Below, one piece after another: positions 41,746 to 55,300 of a stretch of 64,000 nucleotides of DNA. The notes under the pieces are model-generated. The model saw nothing but the letters and a program-made list of their open reading frames with translations, had not been told where the DNA came from and did no database searches. The first letter of the stretch is position 1. Every line of letters starts with the position of its first letter. A program made the position numbers and the translations under genes. Source of the DNA: Balanoglossus misakiensis (lineage: Eukaryota > Animalia > Hemichordata); contig CM082597.2 of assembly GCA_040954595.2 (NCBI GenBank), positions 5,461,244-5,525,243 of the forward strand, in the 5' to 3' direction.

Positions 41746-42613
41746 TTTATCATCACAGCAACTGACCATTGGACCGACGGACAGAAACCAGGCATTAGAA
41801 GTGGGCAACCGGCTACGGACAGACCCAGATTTTGAAATCTTCGTATATGTACTGGTCAATAAGCAGGCTTCATGAACTTGTACTTACTACAGAAGACGAC
41901 CAAATTAGTCAAGAAAAGACATTGCATGTAACCGGTATCTTCTCCTGTAGTTCGATTACGAGTACATCGCACCCACAAATATGCAGTTATCTAGCATATC
42001 CGGGTTCATGCCCTTCTTATCATAAGGTTATAAATCAGCTAAATGACATCATACATTGTAGTAGACGTCCAATTCAGGGCGTAGTGGGCATCTCTCGCCC
42101 CAATTCCTATTTAAAAAGACATTTATCTTCGAGATTCCGCAGTTAACTGGAAGATAAAGAGCTATTACGCAAGTTTGATATGATTTCAAACCGCCAATAC
42201 GATTGAAGATGAAAACAATCAGTCTTAGGCCAACCTGCTTTAGTTAAGATATTCCTGTTCATATTTTCGATGTGCACTTGTATCTTTACCTTTCTAATTT
42301 CCATCCTAATTTCCATTGACGAAATTAAATTCTATTTTGTGCCAAAGACAGCCCCTTTCCATGTACCTTTATTTGCTCGTTGTTGTTTCACGCTTGAATA
42401 GAATTGGTTGCTCCTTAAGTCTCTCCCTATACTGATAACCCTCAGGGCATTGTAATCTTCAAGTTCAAACCAAACATCAAAGACAAATGGTCGTCGCACT
42501 CTGAGCGATGATGTGTGCACACAGAGTACTTTGGCCGGAGGTCCATGGAGTCTGCCGGTGTGACATGCTATGACTAGAGAACTACCTGTTGACTTGTTAA
42601 TCGGAGAATTACC

Positions 42614-42632
42614 ATGCCACCAGGTGGCGCTG
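42614..42632 (+). promoter_or_regulatory. CTCF-type binding motif between divergent genes B and C
   Basis: ATGCCACCAGGTGGCGCTG matches the CTCF core consensus CCASYAGRKGGCRS. Confidence 0.55.
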
Positions 42633-45600
42633 TGCATAGTTTCGAGCGAACACCACTGGCAGCTTTTCAAGACTATGCCATCAGTGTCAGCCACGAATAA
42701 ACCAAGTGATATATCAATGACCTGAAGTACATCATACGTAGTTGTTGCTGCTGCTGGCAAAATAAAACTGGTATTTTCTACAGACGAAAATGGGATAAAA
42801 TAGTCCCTGTTGGAATGTTGTTCATTGACAAGTTCGCTTTATTTTAAATTCAATTTGAAAACATGACCAACACTACATTCGTACATCACACCTGCCATTT
42901 TCTGTACGGTACATAAGTCGTAAACTAGCTATGTGGTCACTAAAATAATTCATGAGTGTATATATGAGAATATACACATGACGGAACTACTTTTTGCTTG
43001 TAGGCATTGAACAAAAGTAATGGGAGAGTTGAGTATTATGATCGGTGAAACGTGGTGAATTTTGAATAGTTTAGCTCGTTAATTGCTTAACCGTAGCAAC
43101 TATCGCCAGAATAACATAACATGTAGTTGCCAGTATACTAGGGAACCTCAACATTTACGGAAATGGCTCGCTATCGCCAGTGATCAGGAATATTGCCCTG
43201 CGATCGCTCGACCGGATCTCTAAGCGAACCCACTGACCTAGCCACCATGACCCATGACCTTATTTTGCATAACAAAAGCTTGGTAACTTGGCCAATGAAC
43301 GCCCATGTCTTGGTAGCGTCATAACTGCCGCATCACTGTACGGAAATCAAGACGCAGCGATCTACATTTCAGTTTCCGTCAAAATAGACATTGGCAATAA
43401 CATCATTGTACCATGACCGTGATCTCTGCGCGCCGTGTGTGCTGTACAAAATGTTTTTTTTTCAAGAGAAGCCTAATACAATGTATTCTGCGAAATACAA
43501 TTATTGAATAAAGGATCGTCACCGCCCACTGCGTGGTTCTTCCTAATACGAATGACGCAGCTTTTGCGAATTTTGTGCACCCTTCTGCAAAAGCTGTCAA
43601 ATTTGCTTTTGCATAATAATGGAAAAAAGGGCAGCGAGAGAGAGAGAGACTTTGTCCGTTTAAGTGATTTATTTGTCTCTCTACGAACTACGACGTGACG
43701 TACTTAGGCTTTTGATTACAACTTCCCCTTTCCAGAAGGCATTGTTAATTCGCAAAATTATTTAAAGGTCGAAACTAAGGTCAATGTCCTGTTGACTTTG
43801 GGACATATCTTACGTGATGATAAGTCGATTTTAGACATTTTTTGGCCAAAATCCGGTTGTCACAGGAAGTTGCACTATATTAAATGCCATGAATGTCCAT
43901 TTTCAGTTCACATTTCGCATTGCTCATTAGTTTCAAGTGGATTTCGTTCCCCATACAAAGTGACGTCAGACTGTTCGTCGTACCATTGCAGATTTTAGTA
44001 GAATTACCGTATCACAGAAATTTCATTCATACTGTTTTTATGAATTCAATACACATTGCCTTCAGTTTATCAGTGGTCTTTTGGGTCTAACGTTTGTTGT
44101 GAGGTCAGGCTCTCTGTACCATCGCACTATGCGCTGGGTTTTTACCTCCACGCAGAAGTGAAACGTGGTCACTTCAATGATTATTGCCCCCCCCCCCCCA
44201 GTCTTATATTGCCGTTACGTTTGGGGAATACCCGAAGCCTTGGGACTACCAAGGGAGGTGAATTTTGCTTTGCAGATTCAACACAGTTCACCTCTGATGT
44301 AACACAGTACTTTAATCAAGTAGTAAGACTAACAGCAAACCTACCCATTTCCTAAAATGTGCACAATCCTGTGTGTCATCACTGTTACACACCCGATAAA
44401 ACCTAATCATTTTGTCCTCCTGTGATGTTAATTACGTAACGCGTTATCAGAACCCGTTGTCCTTGGTACACTACCTTCTTCTTGTGATGTTTGTCGTAGC
44501 TTTGCTGTAACTTCATATTTAACTATAAGACCAATGACTTTGAAAAGTACTGAATGTACTGATCTTTGCGTTTGAAACATGCAAGTCCATAAATTTGCCA
44601 TGATAATAGGGATATGTGGAAGCAAATCAATACATAATTGTGGGGGTGTTCAAGCTTGTCCAATAATAAAACAGAAGTGACTTGCCCCACACCCATGTCA
44701 AACGTTCGTGTAGGTGTTAGTCCTTTTACGTTGTCTCCTCCAATTTCCCCATGGGAATTTCCATAGGGAAAATACACGTATACATTGTGGCACTTCCACA
44801 CATGTTGGACAATGTTTTACTCGACCCTGACCCACTCTGAAGTTAAACACCCACATGCCAGTTCAACGACACTGGTAAGTCAACTTTAACCATTTCTGTC
44901 TGTCATATCTTGCTATTGCTGTTACACATCTCCCATGTGAATTTCTTTAATTGACAGGACTTGGCTCTCAAGTATAACTCCAATACAACCGATAGCCATA
45001 ATGAAAAAAATTGAGGAATCATAAATAAAGTTGAGTACGACACCTGGCATGGATAATCAGCTTCTTTCACATGGAACAAATGGCCGCAGTTTGGACATCG
45101 TGATGTGAAATTATATGCCTGTGATTGATTTAGTCTTGAGAATTAAGAACTATGACAATGCATGATAAAAAAATATGACAATGTATGATAAACGAGACGC
45201 AGCGAGAGATACATAAACTAATATTGAAAAAATAGACGAATACAAGAAACAGAAGAGGGGGGGGGGTATACTCAATGACTTTCAGTCAGTGATTCTCCGT
45301 AATAGATCATAAACTGGTTTTCAATTTCTCAGAATTTCCAAGGAAGTGTGGCTGAATAGACATGGGGCGTATACACCCACCCAAAACCAAGGTTAAACAG
45401 TAAAATGTGTCACCTATAAAATGTTAAAGATTTAATGAAATCGGCAAATATGTTAACGCCAACTAAGATTTTATTTTCATTAATTTCATAACAAAGTATG
45501 TCGAGGGTGAATATTGCGTGGTCCTGGCGTGACGTAATTGGGATTTTTTGTGGAAGTGCGAAAGGCAGGACTGAGAACAACAATACGTAGGCGGTCGTTA

Positions 45601-45721
45601 TTGTTTCTTAATTATATATATAGGCTGTCCGGATCGAACCTGCAACACATGTTGAGACTGGCATCTGCGCAGTAGAAGCAGTCGAGCATCAAGCACCCTT
45701 TGTCATTTGTCACGAATCGCG

Positions 45722-48658
45722 ATGGCAAGTATCATCCAAACCCGGAGAACCTGTGCTTTGGGAGGCATCATTTGTGGTAAGTAATGAAGGCTTGCACGGC
45801 AGTTAATTAGTGGTACTGACGAACACAATTTCACACCCCTGCATGTAGTCTGGTCCCCTGCCCCAATCCCACCGCTGGCTGTGCATGGGGACAGATTTGT
45901 CTCACGAATTGGGGATAGTAAGTCTCACACGAGCCGAAGGTATGCATGAGACAAAATATCCCCGTCGAGGGTGAGAATCCGATCCGCTGTGTATGAGATT
46001 GTATTTCTCACGTAAACATACATTTGTTGAATTCGGATTTGAAACACTGGAAGGGTAACTGTCGCCTGGCGACGCTGGTGGCATGCAACGCTTTGTAGTC
46101 TGCGAGAGTGTGGGGTCGTTTTATCCAGAGGCCAGGGGTGCTAGGAAAACTGTATTACCAATATCTGCAAGAATGACAACGTATATTCACATGTTATGGT
46201 GGCTTAAACTATTGCAACTGGTGACTCAAGAAAACTTTTGAAGCCAAGTACATTCGTCAAAGGGGGATGTCTATGTTATTGTCCATGCCAGAATTCATAA
46301 AATCAAATACTCGATTTGTAGCCTTGTGTTACTCGAAGGTCAATTTGGTAACCGTGAACGCAGTACTGTGGCAAACAGATTTTTGATAGTTTAAAGTACA
46401 TGTGATACAGTGACCTGTCTAACTATGGAGTTATTGTCGTCTGATAATTCTTTAGGTCAATAATTCATTATCGAAAAGGGGAAGTGACGTCACGGTAGTT
46501 CCGCAAACATTCAAATGGAACACTGGCAACGAAATGTAATGTGAAGTGATATTGTGATGTGCGTCATTTATTTTCTTTCTCTTTCTCTCTCTTCCCCCTC
46601 TCCCGAATTCGCTATGCAAATTCAGTTCAAGGCTCTCTGTGGTAACATGAATTAGTCTTGTTTCTCTTGTCATGTTAAGTTATCCATGAACTGTGTTAAA
46701 TCTCTAGCCAAGTTAAATGCGATTGAAGTTTGAGTAAAAATTTATATTGTGTATACCAAGCAGTACATACATTGCGCGACAAATTGACAATAACAGGTCA
46801 CTTGGACATATATTTTTTTTAAACAGATAAGCTTATTTTCGATGATCTGTCAGATTGTGTGTCCAATGAGGCAAATTGTCAAAGTGCGCAATTTGGCCAA
46901 AAGCTGAAGCAACATTGTAGCAATCATTCAGGAATATTTTTTTATTTTATTGTATTTTACTATTAGATAATGTAAATGCAACATTTTACATACACAAGTC
47001 AGACAATATGCTGATTAAACTAAAAAACAAATCAGGTGGGCGATATAATGTCATGTGTCTATTGGGTTCAAGGCAAATATCAAATCAGTACAAATAAGAA
47101 TTGGCTTTACTTCCTACTTTCTTCTTATTTTAGTAATGTTGCTAGCGCTAATTGTCGGTAGTGGCGCCACTGAACGCCAGACAACAATAATGGACGCTGC
47201 TGAAAATGTCACCCTGGAATGCGTGTACAAGAAGCCGACTCTAGACTACACTAGGGTAACTATTGACTGGAGGAAAGTAAACACACGAGACTCCTTACTC
47301 AGCGTCACCTTGGTCACCATGGTCGACTTCGTCGTAGAGGGTGTCGTAGACGAGCGGTACGGGGCGACGAGTGAGGGATGGCTGACGATAAATGGTCCAC
47401 TGACGAGCGACGACGAAGGGAAATACGCATGCGTTGTGGTATTTAGACTGGCACACCCAGTAGGCGATTCTGGATATTTAACGGAACATGACGCTACGTA
47501 TTTAAATATTGTTGGTAAGTATGACATCTTGTTAAGTTCGTATTGATGGATACGAGTTTAAAATGGTCAATGCCTCACGTTTGTACAGCATCATCAACAA
47601 CAAACAACTATATGAAGGTAGTTCTCTTCGCTGGTGTTAAGATTACCACCACCACAACCGCCATCAAACTAATTCTCTCGTATCTACTACCACTGCACCA
47701 CAACCACCATTTCGCCATAATTCAATTGTCATATTGAAAACGTCTGACTGCCTTTATTTCAGAGAGACTGCAGCTTTATGCCAAAGATTTCGGACAGACA
47801 TCAATGTCGGCCAGCACAGTCAGCATTCAAAACAAACCCAGCAAGTTTGTGTGCAATGCCAGTGACGTTGACCCGAACACTAATATTCTTTGGAGCCTTG
47901 TGAATGGCAACGACGTTGAAGACGTTCCAGACTACATGATCATCGACTCAGAAGAAGTAGAAGGCGATGGACGCATGCGCCGCGTCAGCGAACTCACCTT
48001 GCTTCCTCCCTTGGAGCTGACAGAGACACTCATTCTCAGCATATCATGCAGCAAAGTTGAGGGTGAAACAGGTGTCATCGATACAGCTTCGTTAATTGTT
48101 AAGATTAGACCCAGAAGAGAAGGTAGGTTTACTCTTAGTTATACGACCTCTGTATACGCTACTTGTTACTTTTTTGTATGTATGTATGTATGTATGTATG
48201 TATGTATGTATGTATGTATGTCTGAAGGACAACGACATCGCCCACACTATTTCATGGAAAATTTTAGCCAAAGCCAAACCATACAACAGCGCAACCAAAC
48301 GGTGCAACCTCTGCTTAACAGAGAAATTTATTATCATTCGCAACCCAGAAATTTCCACACTCAATAAAAGAAACGAACTTGTGTCCTCTTGTCGACACAG
48401 ACACAAAGCATTGTTACGCAACAATTAAATCTAGAAACTCCCCACACACCAGCTATACACATTGTTATGCAAAACGGCCCACCCCAACTTACATTCCACC
48501 ACCTGTGTACCTGCATATAACCACGTCTTCCCCCTTGCATTTTCGCCAGTTTGATCTCCTGATGAGTGAGTCTAGTGACTCACGAAACAGCGTTGTAGAG
48601 ATTTTACCGCCTTCCGTTTCTCCTACTACCCTCCTTTATGTATGTATGTATGTATGTA

Positions 48659-48745
<87 letters not shown>

Positions 48746-48921
48746 ATGTATGTATGTATGTATGTATGTATGTATGTATGTATGTATGTATGTATGTATC
48801 TATGTACACATTGTTATCATTAAGGTTGTTTCAATTCCTCTACCGAGCAGGTAACAAGAAAAAAGGTAAAGATGGCAAATCAAGGCGAGGAAATCGACGT
48901 CAAAGACAAAGACAATGTTGA
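45722..48921 (+). CDS. Secreted two-Ig-domain (V + C-type) protein with polybasic C-terminal tail (gene C, ~288 aa)
   Basis: Exons 45722-45776, 47134-47514, 47763-48122 and 48851-48921; all phase-1 GT-AG; 867 nt open. Signal peptide ends LLALIVGSGA. D1 has VTLEC, IDWRK, DEGKYAC. D2 has FVCNAS, ILWSL, SELTL, ISCSK. Tail RPRREGNKKKGKDGKSRRGNRRQRQRQC. TATATATA at ~45613. Exon 1 is the least certain. Confidence 0.85.
48221..48636 (+). mobile_element. Penelope-like element 3' fragment (GIY-YIG endonuclease C-terminus plus pLTR region) inserted in a (TATG)n tract
   Basis: 48222-48428 encodes ISWKILAKAKPYNSATKRCNLCLTEKFIII...LNKRNELVSSCRH, typical of the C-terminus of Penelope/Neptune-type GIY-YIG domains. 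Flanked by (TATG)n at 48176-48220 and (TATG)/(TG)n at 48637-48800. Confidence 0.85.
48554..48602 (+). ncRNA. Type I minimal hammerhead ribozyme
   Basis: AUCUC-CUGAUGA-GUGAGUC(UAGU)GACUCAC-GAA-ACA(GCGU)UGU-A-GAGAU: intact core, 5-bp stem I, 7-bp stem II, short stem III and a GUA cleavage triplet ending at 48597. Confidence 0.88.
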
Positions 48922-49280
48922 AGATAATGGCTGAACATACAAGACGACAATGGGACGATTATAAACATTTATAAAGTCCACAATTCCAGTCTATAGGCCG
49001 TATTAATCCCATCTTTTCAATGAAGTAGCAATTACCTTTTGTATAGTAGCATGTGCATTTATTACCGGTGGCGAGTAATCTGACACATTTTCCATAATTT
49101 CATCACCCAATACATGAATATGTAAATTTATCAAAGGGCATTATTTTAACAGAACTTCGGTGATGAAAAATACTCAAAAGTACAGTGTCAGGAAACTTGA
49201 GACATCAACACCAATACATGTTGCAATCTTCTAATTCTATAATGCTATATTTACTTCATTTTGCAGTCACATTGTAATTT

Positions 49281-49375
49281 AATGAATATTGAACACTGCC
49301 AAGACTTGTATACGTAAGTTAATGAATATTGTACACTGCCAAGACTTGTAAGTTAATGAACATTGTACACTGCCA
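49281..49375. repeat. Short imperfect tandem triplication (~34-40 bp)
   Basis: aatgaatattg(a/t)acactgccaagacttgta repeated about 3 times. Confidence 0.8.
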
Positions 49376-52300
49376 AAACATGGGTAAGAATAGTTTTAAG
49401 AAACTTTTTAAGAAACCATGTATTAGACATCCATTTTATTGTGGTATGCTTCAAGCTACTTTAATAGAATATTCAACATATATTTTACATAAAGCTAAAC
49501 AAACATGTATGATGTATTCGCAACAGGTGAGTGAATATCGGCTTTGGCATAAATCATGCATTGCAATTGTACTTTAATATTTCTTTTTCAAATATCACTA
49601 TGCTTAACTTTCACATGAATAAAAACAGGATCAATTTATCATCCCATTAAGATGTGCCATGCATTCACTTTCTGGTATATAGATAAGACACAACCTACTT
49701 GCTTGTTTGGTTTGGTTTGGTTTGGTTTAGCACTAAACGAACACCCCAAGCGACGGGCACAAGTCCAATTAAATGTCTGTCATTTTGTGATCGCGCCCTC
49801 TTGCTGTTTGGGAACGTAATGCGTTTCAACGAATGCCCTTAATCCTGAGTGTATTCTAGACGATGCATGCAGGACCTGGAGAATCATCCAGACCACTACA
49901 AAGTGCTTCGGCGCATTTTATTGATGTTGTATACCTTATAGAGAATTGTCTACCTTGTAGAGAATTGTCTCTCCTCCACATGATGTACTCCAACGTGAGT
50001 AGGGGTGATAGGTTTTACGAGGATAATCGTCCTTTGCAGACAATAGAATCAGCGTCAGAGAATGTCTGTTCAAATCCATGTAAAAATTTACCGCACCATT
50101 AATGCGTCGTTTTTACGATCTCCGCTGCACCATGAAAACCATTAAGTGGTGGAACCACGCTGTCCAATGAAATCATAGGGAAACTATGTCAAAATTTAGT
50201 AGAACCCAACTCCTTAATTCCCCAACACGCCGACTGCTGTGTTAACACATCGCGTTAACGTGAAAACCACTGGGTTCCCTTTAACGGGAGATACATGGTT
50301 TCGAATAAATGTGCCATAACGTCAAGCGAATGTCATCATGGAAGTGTTAAAATGATGACCACGTCTTTGCGTGTACTGTAATTACTTTCGTCTTCAAACG
50401 GTGCCGTTGATCGGTTTCTTGATGATGTACCCTGCTGTCATTTTCTCAGATACACTGCTATCAGTACTTAATACCAATGGTTTACAAGGGGCGGATTATC
50501 TCCTTTCATGTTTCGAAATATGACACCGCGAGTATGTCTAACATTTGCTCAACTCTCAGAGCAGAGAGAAAATCCTGCCCACACACAAATATGCGACGTG
50601 ATAAAAACCCCATTATAGAGTTTTGTAGCAGGGTCTGGACATACGTCACCCCAATTTACGTCCATAAGGCTATCCATCAGCTTTTCTACGCGTTGCTGTG
50701 TTTAATATCTCGGTAGCATCAGGAGAGAAGACGAGAAACGACCTCTCAAATTGAAATAGACAGTATGTCGCGAGTTTCTAGATCTGGAAAGGCATCTGTT
50801 AATACAACAACGTCCACCCAGCATGAGAGAAAATCAAGTACATTGGACGTGGCCTGACTGCGAAGTACAACATCAGCAGGACCGGAGATGATATTCAAAA
50901 CACACAGAGTATACCTGTAGTTACCGTCACGATTCTGCTATGTCAGTTAATTGCCATGTTGTGACTTCGTCAACTTGAAGCTACAGACGTGTAAAAAAAA
51001 GAGTTCCATGGTAACAGGAAATTCTGATCAAATAATACATGTAAACCATGTCCATTTCTTCAGATATATGATGTTAAACTTTAATGATTAGGACCACTGA
51101 TCCAACTACTGTGATTTTTCTAGGTTGAATCTACTGGCGCCAAGCTATATGTTGACATGCTATAATACATGATGTTGGTATTATCTCTTTGCCATTGTAC
51201 ATAGAAATTATCTATTTAAAAGCCACTAGTTTAAAATCTATATTAAACGTGTGATAAAGGGGAATTTAACGGACATTATGTAATCAAAGACTGCTATAGC
51301 CATAGAAATGTGATCGTGAATGCGATCTATCTAACGTTCATTGTGTTTGATAAATTGACTTCGGTGCTTGCTAAAGTTTCGGATAATTGAAATCCAGGTC
51401 TTTTGGGGAAATTACTGTCACGGTTGATTGAAAGACGAATTAGTCTGCTGGAATCATGGGACGGAATAATGAGAGAAAGATTTAGTAAATAATCAATGAA
51501 AAGTCTTAGTCTTCTCATTTTGCAGACATTGCATTGATTTTTGTTCTCAATTCGTCGAGATGGTCTCCGTTGATGAAGAGATGAATAAAGTGAAAAGAAA
51601 GTATCGTGTTGCCATGGTAATAATTACCCCATGGAGGCACCATGAGAAGAATTGGAGCGCATGATTTCTCGGGAAATGTTTTTTTGAGGGAGCAGAGGTG
51701 AGAAGTGTTTGTTGAGACAATTCTGACAATGACCAAAATGTAAACCTTACATTTTCTTTATTTATTCATTTGGGGTTCACAGAATAAGGAAAATACAAAT
51801 GTATAAACAACACCAGTTGTACAACATTAACAACACATAAACAACACTTTTTACTTTCAAATCACAATCTACGTAAAAAAGTTTGTATCGAGCAATAATG
51901 TTAACAATACGTAATGGTAAGTCAAACTTTCCTCTTTTCCTATATATTAATGTGCACTGATGACTTGGAGATCTTTGTATAAACCTATATTTAATAAAAT
52001 ACATTGTATGAAAAAATGCATATAAGAAATATTTGCGGACAGGTCTGTAGTTGTCAACTCCAGAAATAAATTGTCCAGTAAAAACTTGACCTTGGTCGTC
52101 TAATAGCCAAGTATTGTTCCACACTACTTAAGCTTGATATGTCAATATGGGAGGGAAAACTTGATACATTGTATTAAAATAAAACAACAATCACTTTAGA
52201 TGATATTTTACAGGTTTTGATCTAGTAATGCATCATCTTCATTGCTTTGTGAAGTTTTTCGATAGAAATCAAGCAATACACCTCATATAAAATATAATTC

Positions 52301-52383
52301 CTTATATTGATATGTTTGAAATCTCTGTTTGAATGTTTTCCTCTTGTATTATATTGTTCTCTACTCTGATAAAGGAGTTTGCG

Positions 52384-55300
52384 TTATAAATGAGTGTCAT
52401 AGGATTCCTGATTCCCACATGACAATATGTTTCTTCGCAGATGAACCAGTTCCTCTCTTTTCTGTGACAGGAGAAATGAAAATAAACAAATTAGTAGCCT
52501 TCTATGTTAATCAATGTCGAAAAGAATTAACCAGGAATATACACCCAACGTGTACGATAAAGTTATTTAATATGCAACCCAGTGCATTTTACTGAAGTTC
52601 CTACCTTCCTGTATAATTCCGCCAGATTCCTTGTATCTTTCGAGTCACTGGAATTTGTGGAACCTGATGCAGTATTGATCATACTTGTAGCGATAGACGA
52701 CTCGGGGACACGGTTGAGAAGTAGAATCTAAAATAAGGAATATTCGGTCATAATTTCGTACAATGTATTTTCGTACAATGTATTTGACGTTAGTATATTA
52801 AAATATCCATATAACACTATCCAGGAGGCAAAGAAGCGTGTCATGATGACCAACACGGAAAATGCTCATTAGATGAGGGGCATACACTCCCTGACAGGTA
52901 CCAAGCATCCTCCATCTTTTTTAATTGTTTACGAGTGGTAAAATTAAAATAGGAACATGTTATTTAATTGAAAGGGGTCGTTTTCGGAAATTAGAATGAA
53001 TGTACCTGACCCTCAAGAGCAAGCTTAATATTACATCGATAGATGTGCGCACATATGGCAAAAACCACTTTTCCTTTCATGAATGTACTATGATTTCAAG
53101 TATAACGCACGTTTACTGTAAATCATTTTTATGCTCTTATTTATATATAACTGAAGGAGATCATCTATAATTGTGACATATGGTCAAACAAAATAAGCAT
53201 GAAGATGATTACTGGGACATGTAACGTGTAGTATTACACGTTCTTTGTTGTAGGCAAATGACGATAACAGCATGATATATCTCTTTTCTAGCCTGTAATA
53301 GGCTTGCGTGAGAACGCTTTTCTACTGCAACGTGTGCCATAAATTTCCTCAGAGCCCCTGTAAGAAAGAGCTGTCACTGTCTATGGTTGACATGCCAATA
53401 TATCCCTCGATATTAAACTAACCATTTACGCTGTAATTACACGTTGATTAATCAAGAATAGGCCACTGTCTGTGTACTTGCACACTCCTTGTGGTGTATC
53501 AGAAAGTGGGCTTACCTTGGGGATGAATACAAGCGATAACATTGATGTATTGACTATGATAATCGCTGCTGTCATGAAGGTGAAAGTAAACGTGACGTCG
53601 CCTCCTGTCAGATAGAGCACGGGAAGAACGATGGTACAGGTGACGAAGACTGTGTAGATGGACAGCGCGATGTACGTACCTGGCAAATAAAACATGTAGT
53701 ACATTTCTTCGATTATAACGCAGAATGACTGTGTTTCATTTTTAAACATTTCACATTGTTGAACTCCTGATGCCAAGGAAAATTTCCAAACTAATGGGAA
53801 TGCAATATTGTACTTGACTTTCTTGAATGAGAAAGAAAATAGGACCAATAAAATGATACAGTTATGTGAACATCGATTTCGTTGGCGTCTTTCCGTATTG
53901 CGTCAATATAAGTTCGTGTAATTCAATGTCTGTGCACTAAAGCTAAACTAGAAAGTTGTTATGAAAGGTATTCGGTGTAAAGACGCATCGTCCGAATATG
54001 GACCTTGGTTTACAGATTATGGAAGTGATGAACTATGAACGTAACAGTGCCACACTTACTGTCATTTAGTTGGGTGAGAGAAACTCTCCTGGTTTCCCAG
54101 GCCAGGAAGACACCCCAGAGAAGAATAAAACCTTTGTAGCAGTAGATGACGATTGAGAAATGCAGTCCGTGTTTGGAAGTGCAGTAAGATATTTCTGGAA
54201 CTGTGTAGATCTCTAATTCTGGATGTGTGACATCAAACTAGATGAAAATACGGTATTATATTAAGTGGGTGCCCTTAGCGATACTTTTCAGGAAGACGGA
54301 TAAGTTACATTGTACATTACACCAGTTCTCTAAGTTAACAGTCAAGGACAACGGGCAAAATACTTTCATCCACAAGTCAGTCCCCCACCCCTAGTCAACA
54401 GTACCAGTTGGGGGTTAAAAACAATCATACAAATGCAAGATCTATATATAAGTAACTGGATAAATTGGACCTATACTGGACAGATATATATCGCCTTTCG
54501 ACATCTGACGAACTGCCTGTGAAGGCTCCGTATTATTATTATGTTGCAAAATGCTTTGTGACAGGACACTTGGCTATTTCACACAGGCATTTGTTTCGTG
54601 TGCTTAGTTGGTATAGCAAGAAGTAAACCACGCGTAAATGATGCGTTTTGGGGAACGTTAATTATTGACAAAATAGTTTGTATATACTTACAACTGGTTC
54701 TAGGCGAAGATGCCCGATTTGCATTTCGTCCAACGTTATCCATATAACGAAAATAATGACGTCAACGAAGATGAGAATAATAATTCCTGTTATAAGCTTG
54801 CTATCAGGCAAATTCTGAAATGTTAGGAATAAGCAAAATAAATGACTGAATGAATAAATAAATAAATGAATGGAAATGCCAGTAGTAGCTGTTGTTTCAC
54901 CATAGCAACAAATTATTTCCATACAAAGGATGGGTATTGAAATTTACCTCCTCGCCAGATTCTCAAACACGAGTGATCGTCCTTCATGTTTGTAACATTT
55001 CATGACAAAACAATACCTGCCCGAAAGACTGGCGACACTTGAAAAGCTCAACGTCTCATTTATGAATTTCTGATCAGTTCTTCATTTCCTCAAAGTTTGC
55101 ACGAGTTAAGGATCTATGCATCCATCAGTCTTGCACTCAAAAGAAATAAAGAGGAACTCACTGTCATCTTCATCTTGGTTAACGCTTCATTGAAAATCAC
55201 GTGGATTCGATAAGTTTTCATGAAGAGTGCTCCAAAACTCAAGGATAGTCCTATGCTCAGCAATATTACTCGGAGCTGATGCAAAATAAGAAAAAAACCC

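Noticed and set aside
42332-42760. 142-aa minus ORF as a degenerate fourth Ig exon (TWWHGNSPI...SSLVI, frameshifted VTPADS)
   Set aside because: It needs frameshifts, has no linked signal exon or basic tail, and the WW comes from the CTCF-like motif; too weak without a profile search.
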